Of a stretch of 64,000 nucleotides of DNA, positions 34,189-46,569 are shown in pieces. The translations under genes and the position numbers were made by a program. The notes beneath the pieces are model-generated. The model saw only the letters and a program-made list of their open reading frames with translations. It had not been told where the DNA came from and made no database searches. This stretch comes from Macrostomum lignano (lineage: Eukaryota), in NCBI GenBank assembly GCA_002269645.1, contig NIVC01003740.1, positions 1-64,000 on the forward strand, given 5' to 3'. The first letter of the stretch is position 1. Each line of letters starts with the position of its first letter.

Positions 34189-37100
34189 CTACTTGTCTAG
34201 GATCTCAAAGAAGTACTGCACCTCGAGCTGCGTGTCCTCGGGCAGGTCAGTGCAGTGCACGGCGTTCTGCACCTTGTCCTTGCCGAACCGGGCCCGCAGG
34301 GTGCGCGGCCGCAGGTGGCGGCCGATCTCCTGTCAATTTTGAGGGGTATTCGGGTGGCTAGTGTCCTGGGACCGGCAGGGGCATTCGGGTGGCTAGTGTC
34401 CTGGGACCGGCAGGGGCATTCGGGTGGCTAGTGTCCTGGGACCGGCAGGGGCATTCGGGTGGCTAGTGTCCTGGGACCGGCAGGGGCATTCGGGTGGCTA
34501 GTGTCCTGGGACCGGCAGGGGCATTCGGGTGGCTAGTGTCCTGGGACCGGCAGGGGCATTCGGGTGGCTAGTGTCCTGGGACCGGCAGGGGCATTCGGGT
34601 GGCTAGTGTCCTGGGACCGGCAGGGGCATTCGGGTGGCTAGTGTCCTGGGACCGGCAGGGGCATTCGGGTGGCTAGTGTCCTGGGACCGGCAGTCACATT
34701 CGGGTGGCTAGTGTCCTGGGACCGGCAGGGGCATTCGGGTGGCTAGTGTCCTGGGACCGGCAGTCACATTCGGGTGGCTAGTGTCCTGGGACCGGCAGGG
34801 GCATTCGGGTGGCTAGTGTCCTGGGACCGGCAGGGGCATTCGGGTGGCTAGTGTCCTGGGACCGGCAGGGGCATTCGGGTGGCTAGTGTCCTGGGACCGG
34901 CAGGGGCATTCGGGTGGCTAGTGTCCTGGGACCGGCAGGGGCATTCGGGTGGCTAGTGTCCTGGGACCGGCAGGGGCATTCGGGTGGCTAGTGTCCTGGG
35001 ACCGGCAGGGGCATTCGGGTGGCTAGTGTCCTGGGACCGGCAGGGGCATTCGGGTGGCTAGTGTCCTGACACCGGCAGGGACATTCGGGTGGCTAGTGTC
35101 CTGACACCGGCAGGGACATTCGGGTGGCTAGTGTCCTGACACCGGCAGGGGCATTCGGGTGGCTAGTGTCCTGGGACCGGCAGGGACATTCGGGTGGCTA
35201 GTGTCCTGGGACCGGCAGGGACATTCGGGTGGCTAGTGTCCTGGGACCGGCAGGGGCATTCGGGTGGCTAGTGTCCTGGGACCGGCAGGGACATTCGGGT
35301 GGCTAGTGTCCTGGGACCGGCAGGGGCATTCGGGTGGCTAGTGTCCTGGGACCGGCAGGGGCATTCGGGTGGCTAGTGTCCTGGGACCGGCAGGGGCATT
35401 CGGGTGGCTAGTGTCCTGGGACCGGCAGGGGCATTCGGGTGGCTAGTGTCCTGGGACCGGCAGGGGCATTCGGGTGGCTAGTGTCCTGGGACCGGCAGGG
35501 GCATTCGGGTGGCTAGTGTCCTGGGACCGGCAGGGGCATTCGGGTGGCTAGTGTCCTGGGACCGGCAGGGGCATTCGGGTGGCTAGTGTCCTGGGACCGG
35601 CAGGGGCATTCGGGTGGCTAGTGTCCTGGGACCGGCAGGGGCATTCGGGTGGCTAGTGTCCTGACACCGGCAGGGACATTCGGGTGGCTAGTGTCCTGAC
35701 ACCGGCAGGGACATTCGGGTGGCTAGTGTCCTGACACCGGCAGGGGCATTCGGGTGGCTAGTGTCCTGGGACCGGCAGGGACATTCGGGTGGCTAGTGTC
35801 CTGGGACCGGCGCAGTCACATTCGGGTGGCTAATGCCTGGGACCGGCGCAGTCACATTCGGGTGGCTAATGCCTGGGACCGGCTTGTTTGGCCAGGGACA
35901 TGGGTTCGCCTACTGCCTGCCTCGTCCTAAGAACCGCATCAGAATTAGCAGAAACTTGGTCGCCCACAAACCACACTAGGATTCGCCCATAAAACACACT
36001 GGGATTCGCCCATAAAACAGACTGGGATTCGCCCATAAAACAGACTGGGATTCGCCCATAAAACACACTGGGATTCGCTCATAAAACACACTGGGATTCG
36101 CCCATAAAACACACTGGGATTCGCCCATAAAACACACTAGGATTCGCCCATAAAACACACTGGGATTCGCTCATAAAACACACTGGGATTCGCTCATAAA
36201 ACACACTGGGATTCGCCCATAAAACACACTGGGATTCGCCCATAAAACACACTAGGATTCGCCCATAAAACACACTGGGATTCGCCCATAAAACACACTG
36301 GGATTCGCCCATAAAACACACTAGGATTCGCCCATAAAACACACTGGGATTCGCTCATAAAACACACTGGGATTTGCCCTAAGCCAAAGCGAGTCTGTAG
36401 AGAAGCCCCAGTGCCGCCGGTGCTCACCGGGTCGGCGGGGCCGCAGAACTCGCGGAACTCCTTGTACACGTCGCCAGGTCCACCGATCTCCAAGACGACG
36501 CAGGGGCCGGAGGTGAGCTCGGCCACCATGGAGCTGTATTCGGCCACCACGCCTTTGTAGACCTCCAGGAACTCCTCAGCGTTCGCCTTGTCCAGGCGGA
36601 ACATCGCCATGGCGTTGATGGAGAAGCCAGCCTCCGCGATGGCGGACAGGATCTGGCCGAGGCACCCGGAGGCCACGGCGTGCGGCTTCACCAGGCCGCA
36701 GGTGCAGCCTTCGCCGCCGCCGGAGGTGTTGGCGACTCGGGCGGGCCCGCTGGCTGGGAAGAAGAAGCCGAGCTCGCGGGCGGCGCTCGCCTCGCTGTCG
36801 GAGCCGTGGACGGCGTTGTTGGTGGCGTCCTGGCCGAAGCGGGCCCTCAGGCTGGTCGGCGCCTCCTGTCGGGCTCTGGCCGGGTCGGTCGGCCCGATGA
36901 GACTCCGCCAGGCCTGCGGCAAAGATGGCGGATTGAAATTTGCCATTGGAATCTGAGTGGGATTCTCCATTGGAATCTAAATGGGATTCTCCATTGGAAT
37001 CTGAGTGGGATTCTCTATTGGAATCTGAGTGGGATTCTCCATTGGAATCTGAGTGGGATTCTCCATTGGAATCTAAATGGGATTCTCCATTGGAATCTAA

Positions 37101-38035
37101 ATGGGATTCTCCATTGGAATCTAAATGGGATTCTCCATTGGAATCTAAATGGGATTCTCCATTGGAATCTAAATGGGATTCTCCATTGGAATCTAAATGG
37201 GATTCTCCATTGGAATCTGAATGGGATTCTCCATTGGAATCTAAATGGGATTCTCCATTGGAATCTAAATGGGATTCTCCATTGGAATCTGAATGGGATT
37301 CTCCATTGGAATCTAAATGGGATTCTCCATTGGAATCTGAGTGGGATTCTCCATTGGAATCTGAGTGGGAATTTCCATTGGAATCTAAATGGGATTCTCC
37401 ATTGACGTCAAAGCGAATCTTCAGAATTCACCTGTACAGCGTCAGGACCCATTAGCTCGATGGCCAGGATGGGGCCGGATGTGATGGAGCCGAGCAGCTG
37501 GGGCAGGAAGGATTTGCCCTCATGCTCGCGGTAAAACTCCAAAGCTTCCGACCTGCGAAGGGGATTGGAAAGGTTTGCTAATAAATCATTACTTCAAAGT
37601 GGATCGAGGGCATCGAGTGATGAAGGCGGGCCGCTGCACCACCACCCACCTGTCCAAACGGCCCATGCGCAGGTTGGCCACGGAGAGGCCGGCGGCCTGC
37701 GCGGCTTCCAAGATGGCGCCGGCCTTGGCGAAGGCGGCCGGCTTCACCAGCGCGCAGGTCCGCTCGGTGCGCTGGCCGAGGCGCCGCTTCGTGAAGTCGT
37801 CGCCGTAGTCAATGAAGGTGAGCTGGCGGGACAGCACGTTGACGGTGTTGCCGATGAACAGGTCGGCGAGCTTCAGGTTGTCCACGGTGGTCCGGCGAAG
37901 GAAGGAGCGCCGGTTTTTGAGGTCGAACATCTCGACAGTGTTGTCGGCGGTATGGTAAAGCAGCTGGTAGCGGCGCACGATGGCGGCCTGTGGATCGAAC
38001 CACTCGGCGATGAGGGCGAACCGTTCGTCAGCCAT
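34189..38035 (-). CDS. NME7: Nucleoside diphosphate kinase 7 (DM10 domain plus two NDK domains), 377 aa
   Basis: Exons (minus): 38035-37650, 37552-37432, 36913-36428, 34329-34189; phases consistent, 1134 nt. Motifs [15 protein letters not shown] (DM10), [28 protein letters not shown]. Confidence 0.96.
34347..35880. repeat. Intronic minisatellite, 35-bp unit GCATTCGGGTGGCTAGTGTCCTGGGACCGGCAGGG
   Basis: Highly homogeneous tandem copies in NME7 intron 3. Confidence 0.95.
35972..36375. repeat. Intronic minisatellite, 23-bp unit CTGGGATTCGCCCATAAAACACA
   Basis: Second array in NME7 intron 3. Confidence 0.95.
36943..37403. repeat. Intronic minisatellite, 24-bp unit CCATTGGAATCTAAATGGGATTCT
   Basis: Tandem copies filling NME7 intron 2. 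Confidence 0.95.
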
Positions 38036-40359
38036 AAAGTGGGGCAGTAGCAAGCGCTTGCTATTGGAGCTTCCATTTCAGAGAAGAAAATATAACAAAA
38101 TAAATTAATATATTGTTAATGGCAGAAGTAAAACTGAATTACCAAGGAAAAACAAGCTGTAAAATTATAAGTCAAGGTTCAAAAAAAATTCATAAACTTT
38201 TAAAAAAGTTATAATATCAAGATATTAAATAAAGAGCATCTGTGAATATAGAATTCTATATAGCCTCCAATTGCCAGACATAATGAACTAAATACCAATA
38301 CCATAGGGCCAAGAGTTGCCAGTTTGGCAATAGCAAAATAGAAAATAAAAACATCTATTTGAATTGATGATAACCCAATCTAGAGGCTTCAAATAACTGA
38401 GATATTATTCTTCAATCAAATGCCTATTTAGCAATTCTAATAAAATTTTATATAAAAAACTTGTATGAAACTTAATTCAACTTAAATACTACTACTTAAA
38501 CAATATTATCTATAATTTTCAATAAACTCTGCAGAATTATTATGTTGTTTTGAATTTAGGTTCATTTTTATTAAAAGTCTTGTAAAAGTTAGTAGATAAA
38601 GAGGCAATTAATTCCCTTAGTTACTTTAAACTATGTATGGCTAGTGAAATACAACAATTCATTGTCAAATCAAATGCTAACTTATGTTGGGACATAAAAA
38701 TCGATTGAATATTTATCAGATTTAAATTGTTTCTTAAGTTGTCCGTCAACAGCTTTTTTATACGTTGTTGACCGATGGACGGCTAAAATCAAATAGAAAA
38801 TTTGAAAAGGAATTGAACGCAAGCTTTGACGCGGACTATACGATGTAAAGTAAGCCGATTAAACGATTGATAATTTTGTCTCTCTTTGGTTAACGCTAGC
38901 ACCTCTGGCTCTGAGAGACTTGAAAAAAACAAAAAAATTAATAGTACAAGACTTCGAAGTACAAAATATGCTATAGTTAATAACAACTTGGCTTTGAATT
39001 GAAGTAGCGAAATTGTATTTTTCGAGGTCGAATGCCTGACGCTTAAAATACCATCGATACGAAAATATTCCTCTATATACATCAAAAAAGTGAAATAAGA
39101 AATAAACTAAAAAAATATTATTCCTGCATCAAACATTTTACGCTTTTTAACAAGAGAAAAATATTTATGTTTACTTTTTGTTATACACGTTAATCGTTTT
39201 ATTATTTCAACTTCATTGTCAGGAACGATTTGTACCGATTAAAAAAATGGGTCCCAATAATTTGAAATCGTCATTTATTCAAATAATCCACCTGTATTTT
39301 GAAAATCTTTGGGACTTTATTGCATTGTTTCGGTTCTGTCGGATTTACTCGTCTAGAATTGTATAACGCTCATATATCGATCGTTTTTTCAACGGGAACA
39401 AGTTTTATATTTACCTTTTAAGTCAGATGTGATCGGGGATTTGTAGGGGAAATGTCCATTGTACCGTTCCCAGCTTTGCTCAAAACCGAGGGATCCATTC
39501 AAAAGTTCTTATGGTGGAAGCCTGTTGCAACTTACATGTACCTACCTGCTGGCCACTCCGATAAGCTGCTGTATCAACAGAGAGCTGTTCTGTCCCATTG
39601 GCGTGTTTCTCTTCACAGTGCACATTCCAGCGGCTACAATTGCAGTGTCTACCTTCCAGACAATCTGGGTAAGTACGTGCTGCATTGCCCAGGATCTCTG
39701 CAACACAAAGTACAAAGCTCCATCGTAGCTCGTACATTGAATTACACCGAACGAAGAATACAAATTCTGTAGCACACCCTACATGTATACGTGACCGTTC
39801 CCCCCCCCAACTCACGCTGTTACGCAGCAAAAAAATTAAGCAATGACTCTGAATGGCAGAGTGGCAAAAGGCAAAAGTGAATGGCAATGGCAAGTGTCAT
39901 CACTCTCGTCATCATGGCATCCAATCACCTATGCAGCCGCGGTTGATGAACTCTTGGTGCAGCTGCTGCCAGACATTCAAAACCGCCTGTCGCAACGGTT
40001 CAGCATTCTGCGCGGCTGCTAAACTCTGAATGCTCGGTGGAGCTAGGTTTATGTCGATTTGAGGAGACTTTGACGGCCTGTTTAAATGTGCGTATTGCTT
40101 TGCACAACACTACCCCTCACGGCCGTTCCTTTTACTTGGTATACCCCACTTTGCGTTGGCGTCTGGCGACGGCAGCCATTTCTAAATCGCCGATGGCATG
40201 CAAAACTTTTGGGCCGTGTGGCAGCGCGACAAGGACTACCATGGGCGTTGCCATGGATTTTAAGGTGGGGAGGTCGCCAAGAATTCAGCATGCACATCAT
40301 GACTAATGACATGACATGACTAAATTCCTACAATTCCATTATTTTGATAATCGTGTTGT

Positions 40360-40555
40360 CAGCGCTCATTTTGGCGCCACAGGTACTCACTTTAGCGCCA
40401 CAGGCACTCATTTTGGCGCCGCAGGCATTCCTTTTGGCGCCCTGAAGAAACATTATTTATTACCACAACGAGTCGCAAGGTGGGGGGGGCACAAAGCATT
40501 GGCATGTCCCCATCATAGCATGTCCCCCTGTCCCCCCTTTGGCGACGTGCCTGAT
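40360..40555 (-). mobile_element. Copy of the small repeat family with GGCACTCATTTTGGCGCC subunits
   Basis: Reverse-complement similarity to 15770-15900 and 22850-23130; ends in GGCGACGTGCCTG. Confidence 0.45.
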
Positions 40556-40891
40556 CGGACTATTCAAGTAGATCAGGACGGGAAGCTACGTTTCTTAGAA
40601 AGTTAAGGAGGCCGGCTGGTTTTCGCCGAAAAATACACTATGGAGATAGAGAGTTTCATTCTTTCAGCACAAAAATTGTTGTTGCTTTCAATAGGAGGCG
40701 GAACCAGAGTTCATCTTTTGGTATTTTTTACCTCTCTTTATATAATAACATAATTTTGAATTAATTACACAAAACATGTTTTTCATTTTTCTGTTTGGTG
40801 TTTATATTTTCTTCTAATTACTAACAATAACTATAAGTTGCGCTATGAGTTGTTGAACAAGCTCAGCTTGCAGTAATTGTCTCCACAGTCA

Positions 40892-41632
40892 GCTGTCACC
40901 GCAGGCAGTTGTCTGTGCAGGGAGTTTGCAGGCAGTTGTCTGTGCAGGCAGTTTGCAGGCAGTTGTCTGTGCAGGCAGTTTGCAGGCAGTTGTCTGTGCA
41001 GGCAGTTGTCTGTGCAGGCAGTTGTCTGTGCAGGCAGTTTGCAGGCAGTTGTCTGTGCAGGCAGTTGTCTGTGCAGGCAGTTTGCAGGCAGTTGTCTGTG
41101 CAGGCAGTTGTCTGTGCAGGCAGTTGTCTGTGCAGGCAGTTGTCTGTGCAGGCAGTTGTCTGTGCAGGCAGTTGTCTGTGCAGGCAGTTGTCTGTGCAGG
41201 CAGTTGTCTGTGCAGGCAGTTTGCAGGCAGTTGTCTGTGCAGGCAGTTGTCTGTGCAGGCAGTTTGCAGGCAGTTGTCTGTGCAGGCAGTTGTCTGTGCA
41301 GGCAGTTGTCTGTGCAGGCAGTTGTCTGTGCAGGCAGTTGTCTGTGCAGGCAGTTGTCTGTGCAGGCAGTTTGCAGGCAGTTGTCTGTGCAGGCAGTTTG
41401 CAGGCAGTTGTCTGTGCAGGCAGTTTGCAGGCAGTTGTCTGTGCAGGCAGTTTGCAGGCAGTTGTCTGTGCAGGCAGTTTGCAGGCAGTTGTCTGTGCAG
41501 GCAGTTTGCAGGCAGTTGTCTGTGCAGGCAGTTTGCAGGCAGTTGTCTGTGCAGGCAGTTTGCAGGCAGTTGTCTGTGCAGGCAGTTTGCAGGCAGTTGT
41601 CTGTGCAGGCAGTTTGCAGGCAGTTGTCTGTG
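40892..41632. repeat. Compound minisatellite of 16-bp GCAGGCAGTTGTCTGT and 11-bp GCAGGCAGTTT units
   Basis: Direct. Confidence 0.95.
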
Positions 41633-42134
41633 CTAGCATTTTATCATCTCTGCTACACATTTTGTTTCACAGTCAGCTATAAGAATGATAAAATAGATTC
41701 CTAAAACCAAATAGCCGAGCCGTGCCATTTTAATGGTTTGTATAGGCACAGGACACATATAATTGTAGGCAGTCGTTATTTGCACGGTAACTGAAATAAA
41801 TACCCTATAAATAGTTATTTTATCAGGGACTACTCAATATTTGTCCCTGTATCTTTTATTTTGAGTTTAAACTAAACTCAAGCCGGTAGATGGAGTGTAG
41901 GCGTGTTTTATATGCATATAGCTTAGCGTTTTCTATTAGTTCGTACTTTCTATAATTCAAAGTACGAATTAACGCTGGATTATTATGTCCCACTTTGCCA
42001 AGGACACAAACGTCTATTGCACAATAATAGTAATACCCAGGGACTACTAAAACTACAGGGATGCGAAACAAGCCAAATAATGGTGAAAAAAGTTGGGGGC
42101 TCGTTTGAAAGCAGCGCTCTATGGCCGTTCCAAC

Positions 42135-43807
42135 TACACCATTTTACCCTCGATTTTGAACAAGGAGAACTTCGAAACTGACAAACTCCTCTTCAATATT
42201 GACACTCTATGGTCGGGCACTCAAAATCTACAATCAATATTGACAGATCAAGCTTCAATTTTGACAAACTCTGGTTCAATTTTGACAATGCACGTTTAGT
42301 CAACTTCTGGGAGAATTCGGTAACAAAGTAATCCAATGAAAGCCTGAACGGGGCTGAAGTGAGCTGTGCAAAATCAGCTTATTCTGACTTTGCTTTTTGG
42401 ATCTACAAGTATTGATAAAATTTATTTTTCTCTATCCTTTACACACAGACTAAAATAGCCTGACTGGTTGGGCTGCAAAGTCCGATTCTATTTTGACAGA
42501 GTTGCTTCAAAACTGACACTCTATGGTTTGTGTACCCAAAAAGTCCGCTTCATTTTTGACAACTCCGAATCAATATTGAACAGTTAACAATCGATTTTGA
42601 CTAAGACATTTTTTGAAATAGATTTTGACAATTTTTACTAAGATTTTTCTCTTGAGGGGGGTACTTGCTATTTGGGAGAAGGGGTACTGGCTGCATGTAT
42701 CTACGAGTACATGTATGGGAATCTTTCTATCCAGGGATGCTTGCTATCTGGGTGGATGTTTGCTATCTGCAGGATGCTTGCTATCTGGGTGGATGCTTGC
42801 TATCTGGGTGTATGCTTGCTATCTGGGTAGATGATTGCTATCTGGGTAGATGCTTCTATCTGAGGGATGCTTGCTATCTGCAGGATGCTTGCTATCTGGG
42901 TGTATGCTTGCTATCTGCAGGATGCTTGCTATCTGGGTGTATGCTTGCTATCTGGGTGGATGCTTGCTATCTGGGTGGATGCTTGCTATCTGGGTGTATG
43001 CTTGCTATCTGGGTGTATGCTTGCTATCTGGGTGTATGCTTGCTATCTGGGTGTATGCTTGCTATCTGGGTGGATGCTTGCTATCTGGGTGTATGCTTGC
43101 TATCTGGGTGTATGCTTGCTATCTGGGTGGATGCTTGCTATCTGGGTGGATGCTTGCTGTCTTGGGATGTTAAATGAGCGGCCTTTTGCTAGAGTCCCTT
43201 GAGAGAGCAGGGACTCTAGCAAGCATCCCTGGATAGAAATATTCCCATACATGTACTCGTAGATACATGCAGCCAGTACCCCTTCTCCCAAATAGCAAGT
43301 ACCCCCCCCTCAAGAGAGAAATCTTAGTAAAAATTGTCAAATCTATTTCAAAAAATGTCTTAGTCAAAATCGATTGTTAACTGTTCAATATTGATTCGGA
43401 GTTGTCAAAAATGAAGCGGACTTTTGGGTACACAAACCATAGAGTGTCAGTTTTGAAGCAACTCTGTCAAAATAGAATCAGACTTTGCAGCCCAACCAGT
43501 CAGGCTATTTTAGTCTGTGTGTAAAGGATAGAGAAAAATAAATTTTATCAATACTTGTAGATCCAAAAAGCAAAGTCAGAATAAGCTGATTTTGCACAGC
43601 TCACTTCAGCCCCGTTCAGGCTTTCATTGGATTACTTTGTTACCGAATTCTCCCAGAAGTTGACTAAACGTGCATTGTCAAAATTGAAGCTTGATCTGTC
43701 AATATTGATTGTAGATTTTGAGTGCCCGACCATAGAGTGTCAATATTGAAGAGGAGTTTGTCAGTTTCGAAGTTCTCCTCGTTCAAAATCGAGGGTAAAA
43801 TGGTGTA
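42135..43807. mobile_element. Foldback-type non-autonomous DNA element, ~600-bp inverted arms around a 19-bp minisatellite core (1673 bp)
   Basis: Arms 42135-~42746 and ~43218-43807 are near-perfect reverse complements (TACACCATTTTACCCTCG...CGAGGGTAAAATGGTGTA); flanked by CAAC on both sides. Confidence 0.92.
42735..43165. repeat. 19-bp minisatellite GATGCTTGCTATCTGGGTG inside the foldback element
   Basis: Direct. Confidence 0.93.
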
Positions 43808-43874
43808 CAACTCTTCAGTCTAAAGAGGTGTGAGGGCAAATAAAAAGCCCTCAACTCTTGTGCGACTGTGAAAA

Positions 43875-44590
43875 ATGTCGAGAAAGTGTAGCGTCTTTAA
43901 CTGCAAATCAAACTATAACTCAGAAGAAAGCCGAACAACGATATTTTCTCTTCTTTGAGATGCACGAGAATGGGAGCGTTGGAGACAAACCCTACCAAAT
44001 ATTTTTGAGGTGAGAAGGATGTTAATTCTAAGCGATCATACGCTGGTATGCGTGGATGAATTTATTATAAACTAATTGTTAAAAATAACCACTGCGATAA
44101 AATTTACCATTCTAGAAAGTGACTGAACACATGGACATATGCCAAAAGCACTGGCCAAGTGACACCCCATGTTAAAGAATATGAAAGACCGAAAGATCCG
44201 CCTTCTGTCTTCTCTGGCTTTCCCTCTTCGTGCTTGATACAGACGGACAGACAGACAGTTTTTATTGCCCCAAACTTCTCCGTTCGCGCACTCATTATGC
44301 ATACGCCAGTTTTGATTCGAGACTTGCAACAATTGGCAAACTGAATCCAATGGAACCTTAAATATTCAACCGTCAGGTGCAGACAGTTATATCGGCCAAA
44401 TGGATGGACGCAATCCGACTGTACAAATCAGAAGAATATCACGTTGTCAAACGAACGGAATTAACCCATGAAGCTTGCTATCCTTCAGTTCAAGCATACA
44501 GAAAAACGAAGGTAACACTCGCTCTCCAAGTCTTCAATGAAAAGGCTGTTGCAGCACTGAAGTGCGACAGCTCCATAGACACGGCAGTAT
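43875..44590 (+). pseudogene. Decayed THAP-domain P-element-type transposase
   Basis: MSRKCSVFNCKSNY...FSLL*D..EWERWRQTLP...VC resembles a THAP zinc finger; ERPKDPPSVF follows it; ELTHEACYP...KTKVTLALQVFNEKAVAAL resembles the P/THAP9 transposase core; stops and large deletions. Confidence 0.7.
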
Positions 44591-46569
44591 GAGTCGTCGG
44601 CTTACGAATGTTTATTTTAAAGGCCTGGTAAAGCACTCATTGAAGGTTGCACCTGCGCCGACTACATCGCACGACAGAAAGCTACGCAAACTGGGAGGCC
44701 AGTGAATTCGAGGTATAGTTTTTAGTATTCTGTCTTTGGAGTTTTAAATCTTCCAATCCGAAATCTTTCATATCTAGCTGCTCCTCATCTGGGTTCCTCC
44801 TAAAATTCTTTCTGTTTAGTCCTGATTTTCTGTGTTCTATTCTACGAGTACGAGTTGCCGTGTACTTTTGTTAACACACCATTTCATGCTTTTAAACTTT
44901 TTTCTCTTTTGCTTATCTCACATGCTTAAATATATGTAATTTTCGCTTAGTACCCCAGTTTTTCCTATACAGTATACAGGTCCCCGTATAAGTTCCTCCT
45001 CAAATAAGTTATTTAGTTCCGTTCCACGATATACACACCATGCTAAGTTTAAACCTTTTCTTCGTGAATATCTCGCGTGTCTAATTGTATGTCATTGTGC
45101 TCTGTACGGCCGTTTTTTGTACTCAAAAAAATTTAAAACTGAATAAAAAACCTTTTAGACAACTGACTGAACCTTTTAAAGCAAAAATAATATTGTGGCC
45201 TTAGTCTTTTCAGCAGCTAAGCTTAGCATCTGGCGCCCATAGACTCAAACGAGCCCGCAACTTTTTCGCCATGATTTGGTTTGTTTCGCGTCCCGGTAGT
45301 TTAAGTTGTCCCTGAGTAATATTCTTTCCTCCATGACTATACCTTTTTGCGATCTAGTTTGCCAAAACTGCAATCAATTTTGCATGCGGAAAAATATCAC
45401 TTATAATTTTGCTGTCTAGGCCAAGTCTGCTCAGTCATGACCAGAGTTTCAGCCACAGACAACTCTTTGAAAACTGAAATCAATTTTGCCAAAAAGCAAT
45501 TGTTTTTTACTCTTTTTACTCTCCCATGAAAGCTGACTGCACAAGAATCCATAAGAGCCTGTTGATTTCAACACAAGTTTTGGCCATAGACTAATGTTAG
45601 CCAGGCTGAACACTGCGCGCAAACCGATTCCTTCCCATGTGTGCTTGCTCCATAGACTCAGCAACCATAGACAATAGCTTGTTTGTCTTTTCCTCACTTT
45701 TTTTTCTCTAACCTTTATGTACATAACACTGGCCTGTTCACACGCGCTTCTTCGAATAAACTTTTTCTTGACCACATCATGGAGCTGAGATTCGCAGCTT
45801 TCATTTGAATCAAGTTACAATTAAAACGGACTGAAATTATGTCCGCTAGAAGACATCGTAGCAAGGGTTCCGGAACTTTTGACGGACAGTATAGCATTAA
45901 AGTTTGACTTACGATTATTGTGTAGACAACGTCAATAATCTATGTTTTAGCCCAATTATTCGCAGCTACATGCAGTTGAATGAAAAAATATAGCTTTATA
46001 CGATCATACTACCGAACAGAGAGTAGTTTTGCTAAATAAAGTCGAGTAAACCATGTGGTATTTAGTATCTGTGGTCATGACTGAGCAGACTTGGCATAGA
46101 CAGCAAAATTATAAGTGATATTTTTTCCGCGGGCAAAATTGATTGCAGTTTTGGCAAACTAGATCGCAAAAAGGTATATTGATGTATGTTGTCTTTCTGT
46201 TGGAGTTTTTTATTCATTGAAGTCGGCCATAGACAATTGCAGCGGGCGAGATTCACTTCGAGAAGGCAAATTGAGCCGCAGAGAGAGAGAGAGAGCGACG
46301 AGGTTTAAAAACACCCGCCACCCCGGGGGTGGGTGGCGATGGACATATCAACGCGCTGGACAAACCAGTTTATTTCACCCCGTTTCAACACACTTAGACT
46401 AACTATAACTGACTCGAAGTCGTTGGCTTCTGGCTGCAGCCATAGACAAAAAACAAAATGTTTTCTAATATTGACTAGCTCACAAGTTTATCTACATCAC
46501 CCCAGTAGAGGAAAAGAGAAAAAGATCTTCAAACAAATTTGAAGCGAAAATTCTGCCCAAACGACAGCA

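Noticed and set aside
39900-40100. Possible Tc1/mariner transposase C-terminal remnant on the minus strand (RPSKSPQI...LRQAVLNVWQQLHQEFINR)
   Set aside because: Resemblance is short, with no DDE region or TIRs visible; would need an HMM search
40877-43202. Cys-rich ORFs (metallothionein- or keratin-associated-like)
   Set aside because: Multi-frame translations of the 16/11-bp and 19-bp arrays
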